Assembly (NCBI GenBank): GCA_049513055.1
Contig: JBEKWN010000009.1
Coordinates: 3,789-67,788 of the forward strand
Direction: 5' to 3'
Length of the DNA: 64,000 nt
DNA from: Thermodesulfobacteriota bacterium
GTDB lineage: Bacteria > Desulfobacterota > BSN033 > UBA1163
Shown here: positions 28,716-37,892 of the stretch, piece after piece
Layout of the letters: the number at the start of each line of letters is the position of its first letter
Numbering within the stretch: the stretch's first letter is position 1
Translations under genes and position numbers: made by a program
The notes under the pieces: generated by a model
Told to the model about the DNA's origin: nothing
Seen by the model: only the letters and a program-made list of their open reading frames with translations
The model's database searches: none

Positions 28716-30665
28716 ATGAAGAAATCGAAAAAAAATAAGCCAGGACCACACAGGATTGAAGGTCCGATGAGGAAACTTCTTGGCATGAAGGAACGAGGTT
28801 CTTCCAAGAAGATTGAGAATCCTCCGCATAGACTATCATTTCCTGCCAAATCCAAGAAGATGTCGAATGGGGAATATCAGTTTAATAAGTTTAACCACTT
28901 CTGTGAATCCTATCTGAAACACGTCTCGGGCGAGTTTGCGGGCTTACCATTTATCCTTGAACCGTGGCAGAAGAAGATTGCCAAGGTGATTTTCTCGACA
29001 TTGAAGAAAGACGGATCGAGACAATACCGCAAACTGCTAATCCATGTAGGCAGGCGAAACGGAAAGTCGACATTTGCAGCAGCCTTCATCCTTTTTTGGC
29101 TATGTGAAGAATCCTTTTCTGATCCAGCTGCTGAAATCTATGGAGCATCAGGAGATGAGAAACAGGCTGCTTTAATCTTCCGTATCTGTCAACTGATGAT
29201 CCGTCAGTCCGAAGAACTCTCACAACTGCTTGAGGTCAAACCATTTTATCATAGGATTGCGAACCCTTTAACCATGGGTGTTTATGAAGTCCTTTCATCC
29301 AAAGTCCCGACAAAGCCAGGTAGAAATTCATCCCTCGTCATCATCGACGAAACGTGGGCTCTACCTTCTGGTGAACTCTACACCCTCTTGGAGACCTCGA
29401 TGGGCAGCAGGAAGCAGCCCTTAATGATCAGCCTAAGTTCTGCAGGGGAGTCAACCGGATCCTTCTATTATGAATTGTATGACTATTCGAAACGGGTTGA
29501 AGCGAATCCCAAAATGGATCCTGCTTTCTATCCGGTCATTTTCGAAGTTGAAGCAGACAAAGATCCCTTTGATGAGCGATTTTGGAAGCAGGCTAATCCG
29601 GGACTTGGAAAATATCGCTCTCTTGAGGAGATGAGGGAACTCGCTTCCAGAGCAAAACATGCTCCTGCTCAGGAAGGTGTTTTTAGAAGGCATTATTTGA
29701 ATCAGTGGGTATCCCTGGGCATCGAATCATGGCTTCCTTCACTCGTGTGGGATGGGTGCGGTGATCCGATCGATTATCCATCTCTTCCTCAAAGAAGATG
29801 CTTCATGGGAATTGATCTTTCCTCTTCAATCGATCTTGCAGCTGTTGTTCTATTATTTGAACCTCTTGAACCGGGTGGGAGATGGGACACCTTTCCTTTC
29901 ATTTGGGTGCCGGGAACAGAATTGACAGCTAAATCAAGAGAGGATCATCTGGCCTATGATGCGTGGTATGCACAGGGACTCATTTTTTGGGAAGGGAAGC
30001 CAGCTATTGATTTTGGATCCATCGCTGAGAAAATTCTGGAGTTGAATAAAGAATTTAATTTGGTTGGCGTTGGCTTTGATCCATGGCGCGCGAAGGATTT
30101 GATCGACTTCCTGAGACAGCAAGAAGGCTTCGAAGAAAAGCTGGTCCCGATCCCGCAACAATTCTCTTTCATGTCCGATGCCACAATGGAGATCCAGAGA
30201 AAAGTCCATAATCGTGAGCTTCGTCATGGAGGACACCCCGTACTTCGTGCCATGTCTGAAAATGTGAAGCTGGTTACCGATACGAAAGGGAATAGAATGA
30301 TCGATAAGAAGAAATCAAGGACCAGGATTGACGGCATAAGCGGGCTGTGTATTGCACAATCCTGTGCCACAAAATTCAAGAGTGTGAGTCAAGGTAGTGT
30401 TTATGATCACCGGGGCATCCTAACCCTCGATCTCCGGCCGACCGGACACTTAACCTCTGAAGACTGGAATGGATTAGGCATCCCCCCAATCCGATATGTT
30501 GAGGATGAACCCACCGAACCCCATGGAGATCACCCTTATTGCATCCGATGTATCAAACAAGAATCTGGAAGAAAGGTTTTTCTCATAAAGAAGAACGAGG
30601 ACCTTTGGGATTGTCCTGTGTGTGGTCTGCATCACACCCGGGATGATCTGAAAATTAACCCCTAA
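28716..30665 (+). CDS. phage terminase large subunit (Terminase_1/COG4626-like) with C-terminal zinc-ribbon extension
   Basis: Walker A-like GRRNGKST and Walker B VIIDETW. An RNase-H-fold nuclease half is present (MGIDLSSSIDLAA, VGFDPWRA, IDGISG). The C-terminus has CIRC...CPVC. Confidence 0.8.
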   Translation: MKKSKKNKPGPHRIEGPMRKLLGMKERGSSKKIENPPHRLSFPAKSKKMSNGEYQFNKFNHFCESYLKHVSGEFAGLPFILEPWQKKIAKVIFSTLKKDGSRQYRKLLIHVGRRNGKSTFAAAFILFWLCEESFSDPAAEIYGASGDEKQAALIFRICQLMIRQSEELSQLLEVKPFYHRIANPLTMGVYEVLSSKVPTKPGRNSSLVIIDETWALPSGELYTLLETSMGSRKQPLMISLSSAGESTGSFYYELYDYSKRVEANPKMDPAFYPVIFEVEADKDPFDERFWKQANPGLGKYRSLEEMRELASRAKHAPAQEGVFRRHYLNQWVSLGIESWLPSLVWDGCGDPIDYPSLPQRRCFMGIDLSSSIDLAAVVLLFEPLEPGGRWDTFPFIWVPGTELTAKSREDHLAYDAWYAQGLIFWEGKPAIDFGSIAEKILELNKEFNLVGVGFDPWRAKDLIDFLRQQEGFEEKLVPIPQQFSFMSDATMEIQRKVHNRELRHGGHPVLRAMSENVKLVTDTKGNRMIDKKKSRTRIDGISGLCIAQSCATKFKSVSQGSVYDHRGILTLDLRPTGHLTSEDWNGLGIPPIRYVEDEPTEPHGDHPYCIRCIKQESGRKVFLIKKNEDLWDCPVCGLHHTRDDLKINP

Positions 30666-30686
30666 CCCAAAAAGGAGGTAAATGAC

Positions 30687-31451
30687 ATGAAATTTTTAGC
30701 TGGAGAGAAGGAATCCGAAAAACTTTTTAAAAAACTTCAAGAAATTATGGCGGAGGAGGTGGTGATTAAGGAAGAACAAAAAAAGTTGGAACCCAGCATG
30801 AGAAGAACTTTTCAAAGATTTGTCTTGGCCAACGCCTGCCTAAATAGCAGCGAAGCGAGCGAAGCCAGATTTGCGGGAGAGGCGCTTCGGGCAAAAAAGG
30901 TTAATCTCTGGGATGCCTGGTATCGGAGGTTGACAAAAATTCAGATTGACCTTCAAAAAATAACTGCTCCGGCGATTGTCGATTTTTGTGAGGTCTTACT
31001 GAAGGAATTGAAAAATTTAAATAAGGGGAAAGTCTTCCGGATTATCACTGATAAAGAAAATTTACATGCGGAGCGCGGAGGAAGGATTTTTGAAGCTCAA
31101 CATAATTTTTTCAGCATCCACGAAGCTCAACAAAAACTTTTGAGCGCGGTTGAGGCACTCAGGGGAATGGACCTACAACCCATTTCTTCGATCAAAAAGG
31201 TTTTCGAGGAGGCGATTCAAAAGATTCCTTCTGAATTTGAGGTGGCGACAACCCTGGGAAACAGCGAATTTCGCTCGTGGATTCTTGATAATCAGCCACG
31301 AGACCTCAACCCTGACGAGAGCCAAGGTATCTGGCTGCAAACTGCCCAATATTTATCTGATCTTGAAAAAAAGGTTTTGGACTTTAAAAAAGTTAAAGAC
31401 GAGGAATTCGTTGGAGGTTTGGTTTCGAAGCATCGGGATCCGATAATTTGA
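30687..31451 (+). CDS. hypothetical protein (254 aa)
   Basis: ORF with an AGGAGG RBS. Helical composition and no recognised motif. Confidence 0.5.
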   Translation: MKFLAGEKESEKLFKKLQEIMAEEVVIKEEQKKLEPSMRRTFQRFVLANACLNSSEASEARFAGEALRAKKVNLWDAWYRRLTKIQIDLQKITAPAIVDFCEVLLKELKNLNKGKVFRIITDKENLHAERGGRIFEAQHNFFSIHEAQQKLLSAVEALRGMDLQPISSIKKVFEEAIQKIPSEFEVATTLGNSEFRSWILDNQPRDLNPDESQGIWLQTAQYLSDLEKKVLDFKKVKDEEFVGGLVSKHRDPII

Positions 31452-31468
31452 TATGACCGGGAAATAGA

Positions 31469-31578
31469 GTGATGGTCCCCCCGGCGAGCATGGGCCGGCT
31501 CCGCCCTCCTCTTTTTGCCTTCGGGGAGGTGGGGACCATCACCTTCGCCCTCTCTCCCCGAGGGAGAGCACTTTTATT
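31469..31578 (+). other. GC-rich structured element plus intrinsic terminator
   Basis: A 12-bp perfect closing helix GTGATGGTCCCC (31469-31480) / GGGGACCATCAC (31531-31542) encloses CCGGC..GCCGG and CCTCC..GGAGG helices. It is followed by CTCTCCC-CGA-GGGAGAG and then a T-run. Confidence 0.35.
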
Positions 31579-31703
31579 GGTGAGGGGATGTGACAAAATT
31601 ACCACAGGGGGATTTTAGGTGCATGGTTAGATATGGACCGATGTAAAAAGTCTCGTTTTAGGTCATTTAGAGCCCATAAAAATAGGAGGGAGGAGGTGAT
31701 CTC

Positions 31704-31808
31704 ATGAATTACCAAACGGCCATTTTATTATTTATTTTCACCATGGTTGTTTTAGGTTTGGGCATTGTAGTTATCGATTTTATAAAAGGGAGAGTAAGAA
31801 AGAATTGA
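31704..31808 (+). CDS. 34-aa hydrophobic micro-protein (not in ORF track)
   Basis: A strong RBS (GGAGGGAGGAGG) lies 6 nt upstream of the ATG. The product is MNYQTAILLFIFTMVVLGLGIVVIDFIKGRVRKN, one TM helix plus a basic tail. Its stop overlaps the first possible start of int. Confidence 0.3.
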   Translation: MNYQTAILLFIFTMVVLGLGIVVIDFIKGRVRKN

Positions 31809-31840
31809 CTGAAAGTTTTCCTTCGACTATTATAATCTGC

Positions 31841-32986
31841 ATGAAGGGTGGTATCTATTCTAAAGAGAGATGCCCGGTCTGTAACCGGAACTTTCAGCAC
31901 ATTGGGAATGACCTTATCTGCCCTGATCACCAAACAAGACCCAGAAGATACTACATTGCAATGTATAGCAGGGAGCTTGGCAGGAACCTTGTCGTGTGTT
32001 CTGATCCATCAAGGAGACTTCCATTCTCTTCTTATGAGATGGCCTACCGGATATTGGAGAAGATCAGGTCAGAGATTGATGCACACACTTTTGATCTGTC
32101 CAGATACGTGCAGGCGAAGTTGAGGCCATTACAATTCAATGTATGGGCTGATGAATGGCTATCTAAGAAAGAGATCCTTGTGGAAAAGAAGGTCAGGACC
32201 CCATCATATTTGAAGGAGTTGAGGAGGTTCGTCAGGATCTACAAGGGATTTTTTGGAGAGATGGACATCAGAGACATCGGAAATAAAGCCGTTGATAACT
32301 TCTTTTTAAGTATCCGTGGTAAGCCAAAGTATCAGGCCAATATTATGAACGGCCTTCATAAGATGTTAGCGGATGCCTTGGATTGGAAGGATATAGGGAT
32401 GATGCCAACATTTCCAAAGATAGAAGTGCCGGAGCAAGAGGTGAAAGTTATTACTTTGGAAGATCAGGACCGGATCATCAATTTGATTGAAGACAAAATG
32501 GATCGGGCGTATATCTTATTTACAGCAAGAGAGATGGTGAGGCCGTCCGAAACGAGGGCGTTGTGCTGGGATGCTATTGATCTCCTGCATAACAAGGTGA
32601 CTATCAAGAGGCACTTCTCATTGAATGAATTGTGGACTGCTACCAAGAGTAGGGCAATCAAGGTGCTGCCTCTGGACCCGGATGTGAAGGAACTGCTGGA
32701 GGGGCTACAGAGGCATATCAAGAGTCCCTTCGTGTTCCATAAAGAGGACGGGAGGCCGTACAGCGAATCCTATACACGCAAGCTGTGGAATAAGATCAGC
32801 GGAGGGATGGGTATCAGGATATCTCTCTACCAAGGAACAAGGCACAGCAGTGCCACAGAAGCAGCCACACGGGTGTCTATGGACGTGATATCGGAGTTCC
32901 TGGGGCATACATCACAGAGGATGAGTAAGAGGTACGTTAAGCAAAACCCTGATCGATTAAAGGGTGCATTGAGAGTTGCGAAGTAA
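31841..32986 (+). CDS. int: tyrosine-type site-specific integrase with N-terminal Zn-finger
   Basis: N-terminal CPVC...CPDH. The catalytic domain has ETRALCW (Arg), GTRHSSAT (HxxR) and GHTSQRMSKRY (His...Tyr). The track ORF begins at 31805 (TTG) and the ATG at 31841 is preferred. Confidence 0.85.
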   Translation: MKGGIYSKERCPVCNRNFQHIGNDLICPDHQTRPRRYYIAMYSRELGRNLVVCSDPSRRLPFSSYEMAYRILEKIRSEIDAHTFDLSRYVQAKLRPLQFNVWADEWLSKKEILVEKKVRTPSYLKELRRFVRIYKGFFGEMDIRDIGNKAVDNFFLSIRGKPKYQANIMNGLHKMLADALDWKDIGMMPTFPKIEVPEQEVKVITLEDQDRIINLIEDKMDRAYILFTAREMVRPSETRALCWDAIDLLHNKVTIKRHFSLNELWTATKSRAIKVLPLDPDVKELLEGLQRHIKSPFVFHKEDGRPYSESYTRKLWNKISGGMGIRISLYQGTRHSSATEAATRVSMDVISEFLGHTSQRMSKRYVKQNPDRLKGALRVAK

Positions 32987-33070
32987 CCTGACATTATCCA
33001 ATCTTTAACCGGATAAGAAATGGCTGAATTAAACAGAATTATTTTAATGAGTTGCAACACGGGCGACTTA

Positions 33071-33095
33071 TTCGATTCCCGCCGCCTCCACCAAA
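33071..33095 (+). repeat. attR: 25-bp direct repeat (displaced ssrA 3' end)
   Basis: TTCGATTCCCGCCGCCTCCACCAAA is identical to 24057-24081. Confidence 0.85.
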
Positions 33096-33137
33096 ATTTC
33101 GTAATAAAAAGTTCCGTAAAGAACTGCTACGCTCTCT

Positions 33138-33166
33138 TAAAGCTCCGATTATTTCGGAGCTTTTTA
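33138..33166 (+). terminator. intrinsic terminator (probably the original ssrA terminator)
   Basis: AAAGCTCCGA-TTATT-TCGGAGCTTT followed by TTT, about 45 nt after attR. Confidence 0.6.
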
Positions 33167-33438
33167 ATTTTACCAGGAGCATTCTAAATTAATACCTCAG
33201 GTCCTTCAAGAACCGTTGGAACTCATGGGACTCAGCCACGATTTCAACCAATCGAAGTGGGATGAAACCCACCTTGCCATTATGCAAAGATTTGAGGAGT
33301 GACTGAAAACATGTATTTTGAAAAGAGTTTACTAAATTAGAGTAGAAGGGTCAATGTGAACTTTGAGAAAGAGCGGAAGTCAATAGGGGATGCCAATCTA
33401 TGCTAAAATATGTTATAAAAATTATCATTAGGAGATGA

Positions 33439-33747
33439 TTGACGGAAGAGATGTCCAGAATTATTCAGGGTGATGTAGAGAAGTTGAAGTCAGAAAGAAA
33501 GATGAATAAGCTTGAGAATATTGCCGTCAGGTCGGTCGATATCGTGGAAGCCTGGCAGGAATCAGGAAAGGATTACCTCACTGTCAGGTTCTTTGCTAAC
33601 TTATTGGATTATACGGTTGATGAAACCACAGGGCAAGTGGTATCGGGCAGCAAAACAGAACCTGTTAAATTTGAAGAATACTGGACATTTACCCGGACGG
33701 TGGGGGATAACCCCTGGCAATTATCAGCGATCAACCAGGCAGAATAA
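33439..33747 (+). CDS. Tim44-like domain protein, apparently N-terminally truncated (possible gene remnant)
   Basis: AWQESGKDYLTVRFFANLLDYTVDETTGQVVSGS...EEYWTFTR...NPWQLSAI matches the C-terminal half of the Tim44-like/SnoaL-fold domain. No TM or N-terminal half is present. The start is a weak TTG/ATG. Confidence 0.45.
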   Translation: MTEEMSRIIQGDVEKLKSERKMNKLENIAVRSVDIVEAWQESGKDYLTVRFFANLLDYTVDETTGQVVSGSKTEPVKFEEYWTFTRTVGDNPWQLSAINQAE

Positions 33748-33952
33748 TTTAAATAGGGACACATCGTTTGTCATGATAAAAATCGATAGGATGCGCCCCT
33801 ATTTTTAATAAAATATTATCCCTAATCTTTCTTGTGTACGTCCCACCGATTGAAATGGTTTTGATTCACGTAATCCGCTCCTCGGTAATCGCTGATGGTT
33901 TCATTGATGTTATTCATCATCCCAATGGTTATCAATACTCTAAGGAGAGAAA

Positions 33953-36007
33953 ATGGAATCTAAATATACGAATCGACTCCTTCATGAAACAAGTCCTTAT
34001 CTTTTGCAGCATGCGCACAATCCGGTAGATTGGTATCCGTGGGGAGAGGAAGCTCTCGCTCGAGCTAAAAAAGAAGACAAACCCATTCTCCTCAGCATTG
34101 GCTACTCCTCCTGCCATTGGTGCCATGTGATGGAAAAGGAATCTTTCGAAAATGAGGCTATTGCGGGAATCATGAATGAGCGCTTTATCAATATCAAAGT
34201 TGATCGGGAGGAACGTCCAGATCTTGATGAACTTTATATGCATGCCGTTCAGGTGATGACGGGTTCAGGTGGATGGCCGATGACCGTCTTTTTGACTCCT
34301 GACCTCATTCCCTTCCATGCGGGAACTTATTTCCCTCCTGAAGATCGAGGGGGAATGCCAGGTTTTCCAAAAATACTGGTTGTTGTCTCTGATTATTATC
34401 GTTCCCATCGAGGGGAAGTGGGGAAGATGGAAGCACAACTGAAAAATGCCCTCAATCAGATCGCTGAAATTATTCCTTCCAAGGAAGTTATGAGCGATAA
34501 AGTCCTGTCAAAGGCTTTTAATACTCTGGAGAGTCAATTCGATCCAATTTACGGAGGATTCGGGAACGCCCCCAAATTCCCGAGCAGCATGGCCCTATCT
34601 TTTCTTCTCCGGTATTGGAAAAGTACGGGTTCAAAGAAAGCATTGGAGATGGTAGAAAAAACACTGGAGAAGATGGCCAATGGTGGGATCTACGACCATT
34701 TAGGAGGAGGGTTTCATCGCTATTCTGTGGATAATCGATGGCTCATTCCCCATTTTGAAAAAATGCTCTATGACAATGCCCTGCTATCGCGAACCTATTT
34801 TGAAGCCTATCAGGGCACTCAAAAAGAGAGGTATGGTCAGGTGGGCGAAGAAATCCTCAATTATGTCCTTCATGAGATGAAGAGCCCGGAAGGTGGTTTC
34901 TACTCAACCCAGGATGCGGATAGCGAAGGCGAGGAAGGGAAGTTTTATGTCTGGACGAGAGACGAGATTAAGGATTTATTGGGTAAAGATAAAGGAATTC
35001 CTTTTTGTGCTTATTATGGGGTGGCAACCCAGGGAAATTTTGAGGGAGGGGCAAGCGTTCTTAGCATTGCTTCCACTTTAGAAAAGATTTCTCAATTATA
35101 TGGAACATCTGTCCCAGACTTGGAAAAGGTTTTGGAGGAGGGACGGCAGAAACTCTATGCCGAAAGGGAGAGGAGAGTGAGACCCGGCAGGGATGAGAAG
35201 ATTCTGACCTCTTGGAATGGGTTGATGATCTCAAGTTTTGTTGATGGATTTAAAGTCACTGGAAATGAAAAATATCTTAATGGGGCAAAAGAAGCAGCCC
35301 TCTTCATTCTCCACGAGATGAAGAAGGCTGGTTACTTGATGAGGGTATTTAATAAAGGGGAATGTCGGGTAAAGGGTTATTCAGAAGATTACGCCTTTTT
35401 TATCCAGGCCCTCATCGATCTTTATGAAGCCACCTTTGAGACGGGATGGTTGAAAGAGGCAGATGACCTCAATCAGAGAATGATTCACCAATTCTGGGAT
35501 GGGAGAAATGGAGGTTTCTTCTTTACAGGAAAGGAGAACGAATCTTTGATTGCTCGATCAAAAAACCCTTATGATAATGCCATCCCTTCAGCGAATTCCA
35601 TTGCGGTATTTAATTTGATCAGGCTTGGGTATCTGACTGGAGAAGAATCTTTAAAACAGAAGGCAGACCAGACCCTTCACCTCTTCTATAACTTTCTTGA
35701 TCAACATCCCTCTGGATTTTCCCAGATGCTATCCGGTCTTTCCTTCTTTTTGAATTCAGAGGAGATCGGGGTCATCGGTTCAAGGAATGATCTTAAGACA
35801 AAATCCATGCTCAAAGAGATTTACCTCACCTACCTTCCTAACAAAATCCTGAGCCTCAGGGACCCTCATGAATCCATCGAAGGAAATTGGTTTCCATTTC
35901 TTATGGAGAAAGGGGTCCCAGAAGTTCCAACCACTTTTGTCTGCAAAGGATTCACCTGCCTGCCCCCAGTAAAAGATGAAAAAGAGTTAAAGAAAATTTT
36001 GGGTTAG
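33953..36007 (+). CDS. thioredoxin domain-containing protein (DUF255/YyaL family)
   Basis: [51 protein letters not shown] is the canonical N-terminus. A six-hairpin glycosidase-like body follows. Confidence 0.9.
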   Translation: MESKYTNRLLHETSPYLLQHAHNPVDWYPWGEEALARAKKEDKPILLSIGYSSCHWCHVMEKESFENEAIAGIMNERFINIKVDREERPDLDELYMHAVQVMTGSGGWPMTVFLTPDLIPFHAGTYFPPEDRGGMPGFPKILVVVSDYYRSHRGEVGKMEAQLKNALNQIAEIIPSKEVMSDKVLSKAFNTLESQFDPIYGGFGNAPKFPSSMALSFLLRYWKSTGSKKALEMVEKTLEKMANGGIYDHLGGGFHRYSVDNRWLIPHFEKMLYDNALLSRTYFEAYQGTQKERYGQVGEEILNYVLHEMKSPEGGFYSTQDADSEGEEGKFYVWTRDEIKDLLGKDKGIPFCAYYGVATQGNFEGGASVLSIASTLEKISQLYGTSVPDLEKVLEEGRQKLYAERERRVRPGRDEKILTSWNGLMISSFVDGFKVTGNEKYLNGAKEAALFILHEMKKAGYLMRVFNKGECRVKGYSEDYAFFIQALIDLYEATFETGWLKEADDLNQRMIHQFWDGRNGGFFFTGKENESLIARSKNPYDNAIPSANSIAVFNLIRLGYLTGEESLKQKADQTLHLFYNFLDQHPSGFSQMLSGLSFFLNSEEIGVIGSRNDLKTKSMLKEIYLTYLPNKILSLRDPHESIEGNWFPFLMEKGVPEVPTTFVCKGFTCLPPVKDEKELKKILG

Positions 36008-36066
36008 AATGTTCCATATAATGATCCGGAACTTGACAATAGGAAAGAAAATGTTTAATTTGTTAT

Positions 36067-36080
36067 TGAAAATATTTTCA
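36067..36080. promoter_or_regulatory. 14-bp perfect AT-rich palindrome, candidate Fur-family operator
   Basis: TGAAAATATTTTCA lies 19 nt upstream of the fur-family start. A possible -35 TTGACA is at about 36036. Confidence 0.35.
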
Positions 36081-36098
36081 TTCTTCTCTTAACTTATT

Positions 36099-36524
36099 AT
36101 GAATAAAGGGCTTTTTAAAAATATTTTTAAAGACAAGAAACTCCGACTGAGCCATCCAAGGCTTTTAATTTATCAGGAACTCTACAATGCCAAAACACCT
36201 TTGAGTCCTCAGGAGCTCTACCAAAGCCTTCTAAAAAAGCAGAAGAAGATTGGATTGACCTCTATCTACCGGTCTCTTGATCTCTTCGAATCTCTGGACA
36301 TGGTCTTTAAAATCATCAATGGTTCGAGTGTTAAATATAAACTCTGTGAGTTAGAAGACCACCATCACCATATCATCTGCAAGGCATGCGGGAGTGTGGT
36401 CGAATTGAACTTTTGTGACATTTCGGATTGGTCCAAAAAGGTGACGGAGTCCACCGGTTATCAGGTGATCGATCATCAATTGAATTTTTATGGGTTTTGT
36501 AAAACCTGTAAAAAAGAAGCCTGA
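36099..36524 (+). CDS. Fur family transcriptional regulator
   Basis: Winged-helix N-terminus (TSIYRSLDLF), an HHHH.C..CG metal site and a C-terminal C..C pair. Confidence 0.8.
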   Translation: MNKGLFKNIFKDKKLRLSHPRLLIYQELYNAKTPLSPQELYQSLLKKQKKIGLTSIYRSLDLFESLDMVFKIINGSSVKYKLCELEDHHHHIICKACGSVVELNFCDISDWSKKVTESTGYQVIDHQLNFYGFCKTCKKEA

Positions 36525-36536
36525 AAGGAGGAATGG

Positions 36537-37265
36537 ATGTCTCATATTCATCTCCCAGATGGAATTTTACCTGTTTGGCTTTGGGCTTCGGGATTTATCG
36601 TTGCCATCCTGGTCGGGACAATTCTTCTTCGACTCACTAAGAAAGAAAAATTAACCAGACGGCTTCCTTTGATAGGGATGATGGCAGCTGTAATGGTCTT
36701 GGGTGCTTCCGTCGAGATTGTTCCCATCGCCTATCATGTCAACCTGACAGTCATTTCAGGAATCTTATTAGGACCTTCTCTCATCTTTCTTGCCACCTTT
36801 GTCGTCAATGTCATTTTGGCTCTTTTCGGACATGGTGGAATTACCGTCATCGGGCTTAATACACTCACCCTCTCGATCGAAGGGGTATTGGGATATTTTC
36901 TTTTTCGCCTCTTCTGGAAGGTTTTAAAAAGATTAACCCCTGCTACTTTTTTGGCCACCTTCATCGCCCTACTCTTCTCCACCTTGGCCATGATCGGAGT
37001 GATCAGTCTGGGGACATCTCATTATGAAAAGTTAATTCATCAGGAAGGGAAGGGGATCTTTGAATTCCACTTTTCAAAAGGGAAGGAAGATCATCATCCA
37101 GGGGAGGCCGCTGAAGAGAAAGTGAATCTGAGACGGTTTATTGCCATCGTCCTTCCTTTGGGTTTCATCGGATGGATGCTGGAAGGTGTGATCACCGCAT
37201 TAATCTGCCGATATATCTATCGGCTACGGCCAGACTTATTACATTTAGAGAAGGAAACCCTATGA
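36537..37265 (+). CDS. cbiM: ECF transporter S component, CbiM/NikM-like (cobalt/nickel)
   Basis: The N-terminus MSHIHLPDG has the His-containing metal-binding motif. The protein is polytopic and is followed by cbiQ/cbiO. Confidence 0.75.
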   Translation: MSHIHLPDGILPVWLWASGFIVAILVGTILLRLTKKEKLTRRLPLIGMMAAVMVLGASVEIVPIAYHVNLTVISGILLGPSLIFLATFVVNVILALFGHGGITVIGLNTLTLSIEGVLGYFLFRLFWKVLKRLTPATFLATFIALLFSTLAMIGVISLGTSHYEKLIHQEGKGIFEFHFSKGKEDHHPGEAAEEKVNLRRFIAIVLPLGFIGWMLEGVITALICRYIYRLRPDLLHLEKETL

Positions 37266-37888
37266 TTCAACTTTCATATTTAGATTATATCGCTGCGGAG
37301 GGGAAGAGCTTTCTTCACCGTCTCTCGCCGAAATTGAAAATCATCGGGATGGTCTTTGTTTTATTAGCCATTGTCACGTTGAGAAACCTTCCCGGATTTC
37401 TTCTCCTTTATGGAATTCTCCTTGCCCTTTTTTCCCTATCACGAATTCCGATTAAGATATTTTCTTTAACCTTCTATCCTCTTATCTTTGCCATTCTTTT
37501 CATCTTTATTTCGGGATTTCAAATCCATTTTATTCTTCTCATTTTTTTGAAGGTTCTCTGTGGCTCCACGGGAGTGGTTCTCCTTCTGGCTACCACTCCT
37601 TATCCGTCGATCTTTTCTGTCCTGGGAAGAGTCCTTCCCTCAACTTTTGTGACTGCTCTTTTTTTGACCTACCGATCAATCTTTATCCTCCTCAATATTT
37701 TCGAGGAGACACAACATGCCCTCTACCTTCGCGGAGGATTTCAGTGGAGACATCCGTGGAGGAGCCTGATCAATATTTCCAATGCGTTCGGTCATTTGAT
37801 TATTAAAGGAATTGATGCCAGCGAGAAGATGTATGAATCCATGGTGTTCCGAGGGTTTCAAAACAAGATTTATTACAGGGGAGAATAG
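37262..37888 (+). CDS. cbiQ: ECF transporter T component CbiQ
   Basis: Polytopic, with the conserved ALYLRG.. loop. The ATG at 37262 overlaps the cbiM stop (ATGA). Confidence 0.75.
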   Translation: MIQLSYLDYIAAEGKSFLHRLSPKLKIIGMVFVLLAIVTLRNLPGFLLLYGILLALFSLSRIPIKIFSLTFYPLIFAILFIFISGFQIHFILLIFLKVLCGSTGVVLLLATTPYPSIFSVLGRVLPSTFVTALFLTYRSIFILLNIFEETQHALYLRGGFQWRHPWRSLINISNAFGHLIIKGIDASEKMYESMVFRGFQNKIYYRGE

Positions 37889-37892
37889 GACC

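Larger units (their letters stand above)
24080..33095 (+). mobile_element. ~9-kb integrative element (prophage remnant or phage-satellite-like island) inserted in the ssrA 3' end
   Basis: It is flanked by 25-bp direct repeats of the tmRNA 3' end. It carries a tyrosine integrase, a primase-helicase, an HNH endonuclease and a large terminase. A hairpin/U-tract terminator sits just beyond attR. Confidence 0.8.

Noticed and set aside
31393-31933. 70-aa and 74-aa minus-strand ORFs near the integrase
   Set aside because: The first is a translation of the GC-rich hairpin region. The second is antisense to the micro-ORF and the int start. Neither has a plausible RBS.
36537-37265. Idea that CbiM carries a fused CbiN domain
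   Set aside because: At 242 aa the protein is within the normal CbiM length, so the C-terminal helices are explained by CbiM itself.
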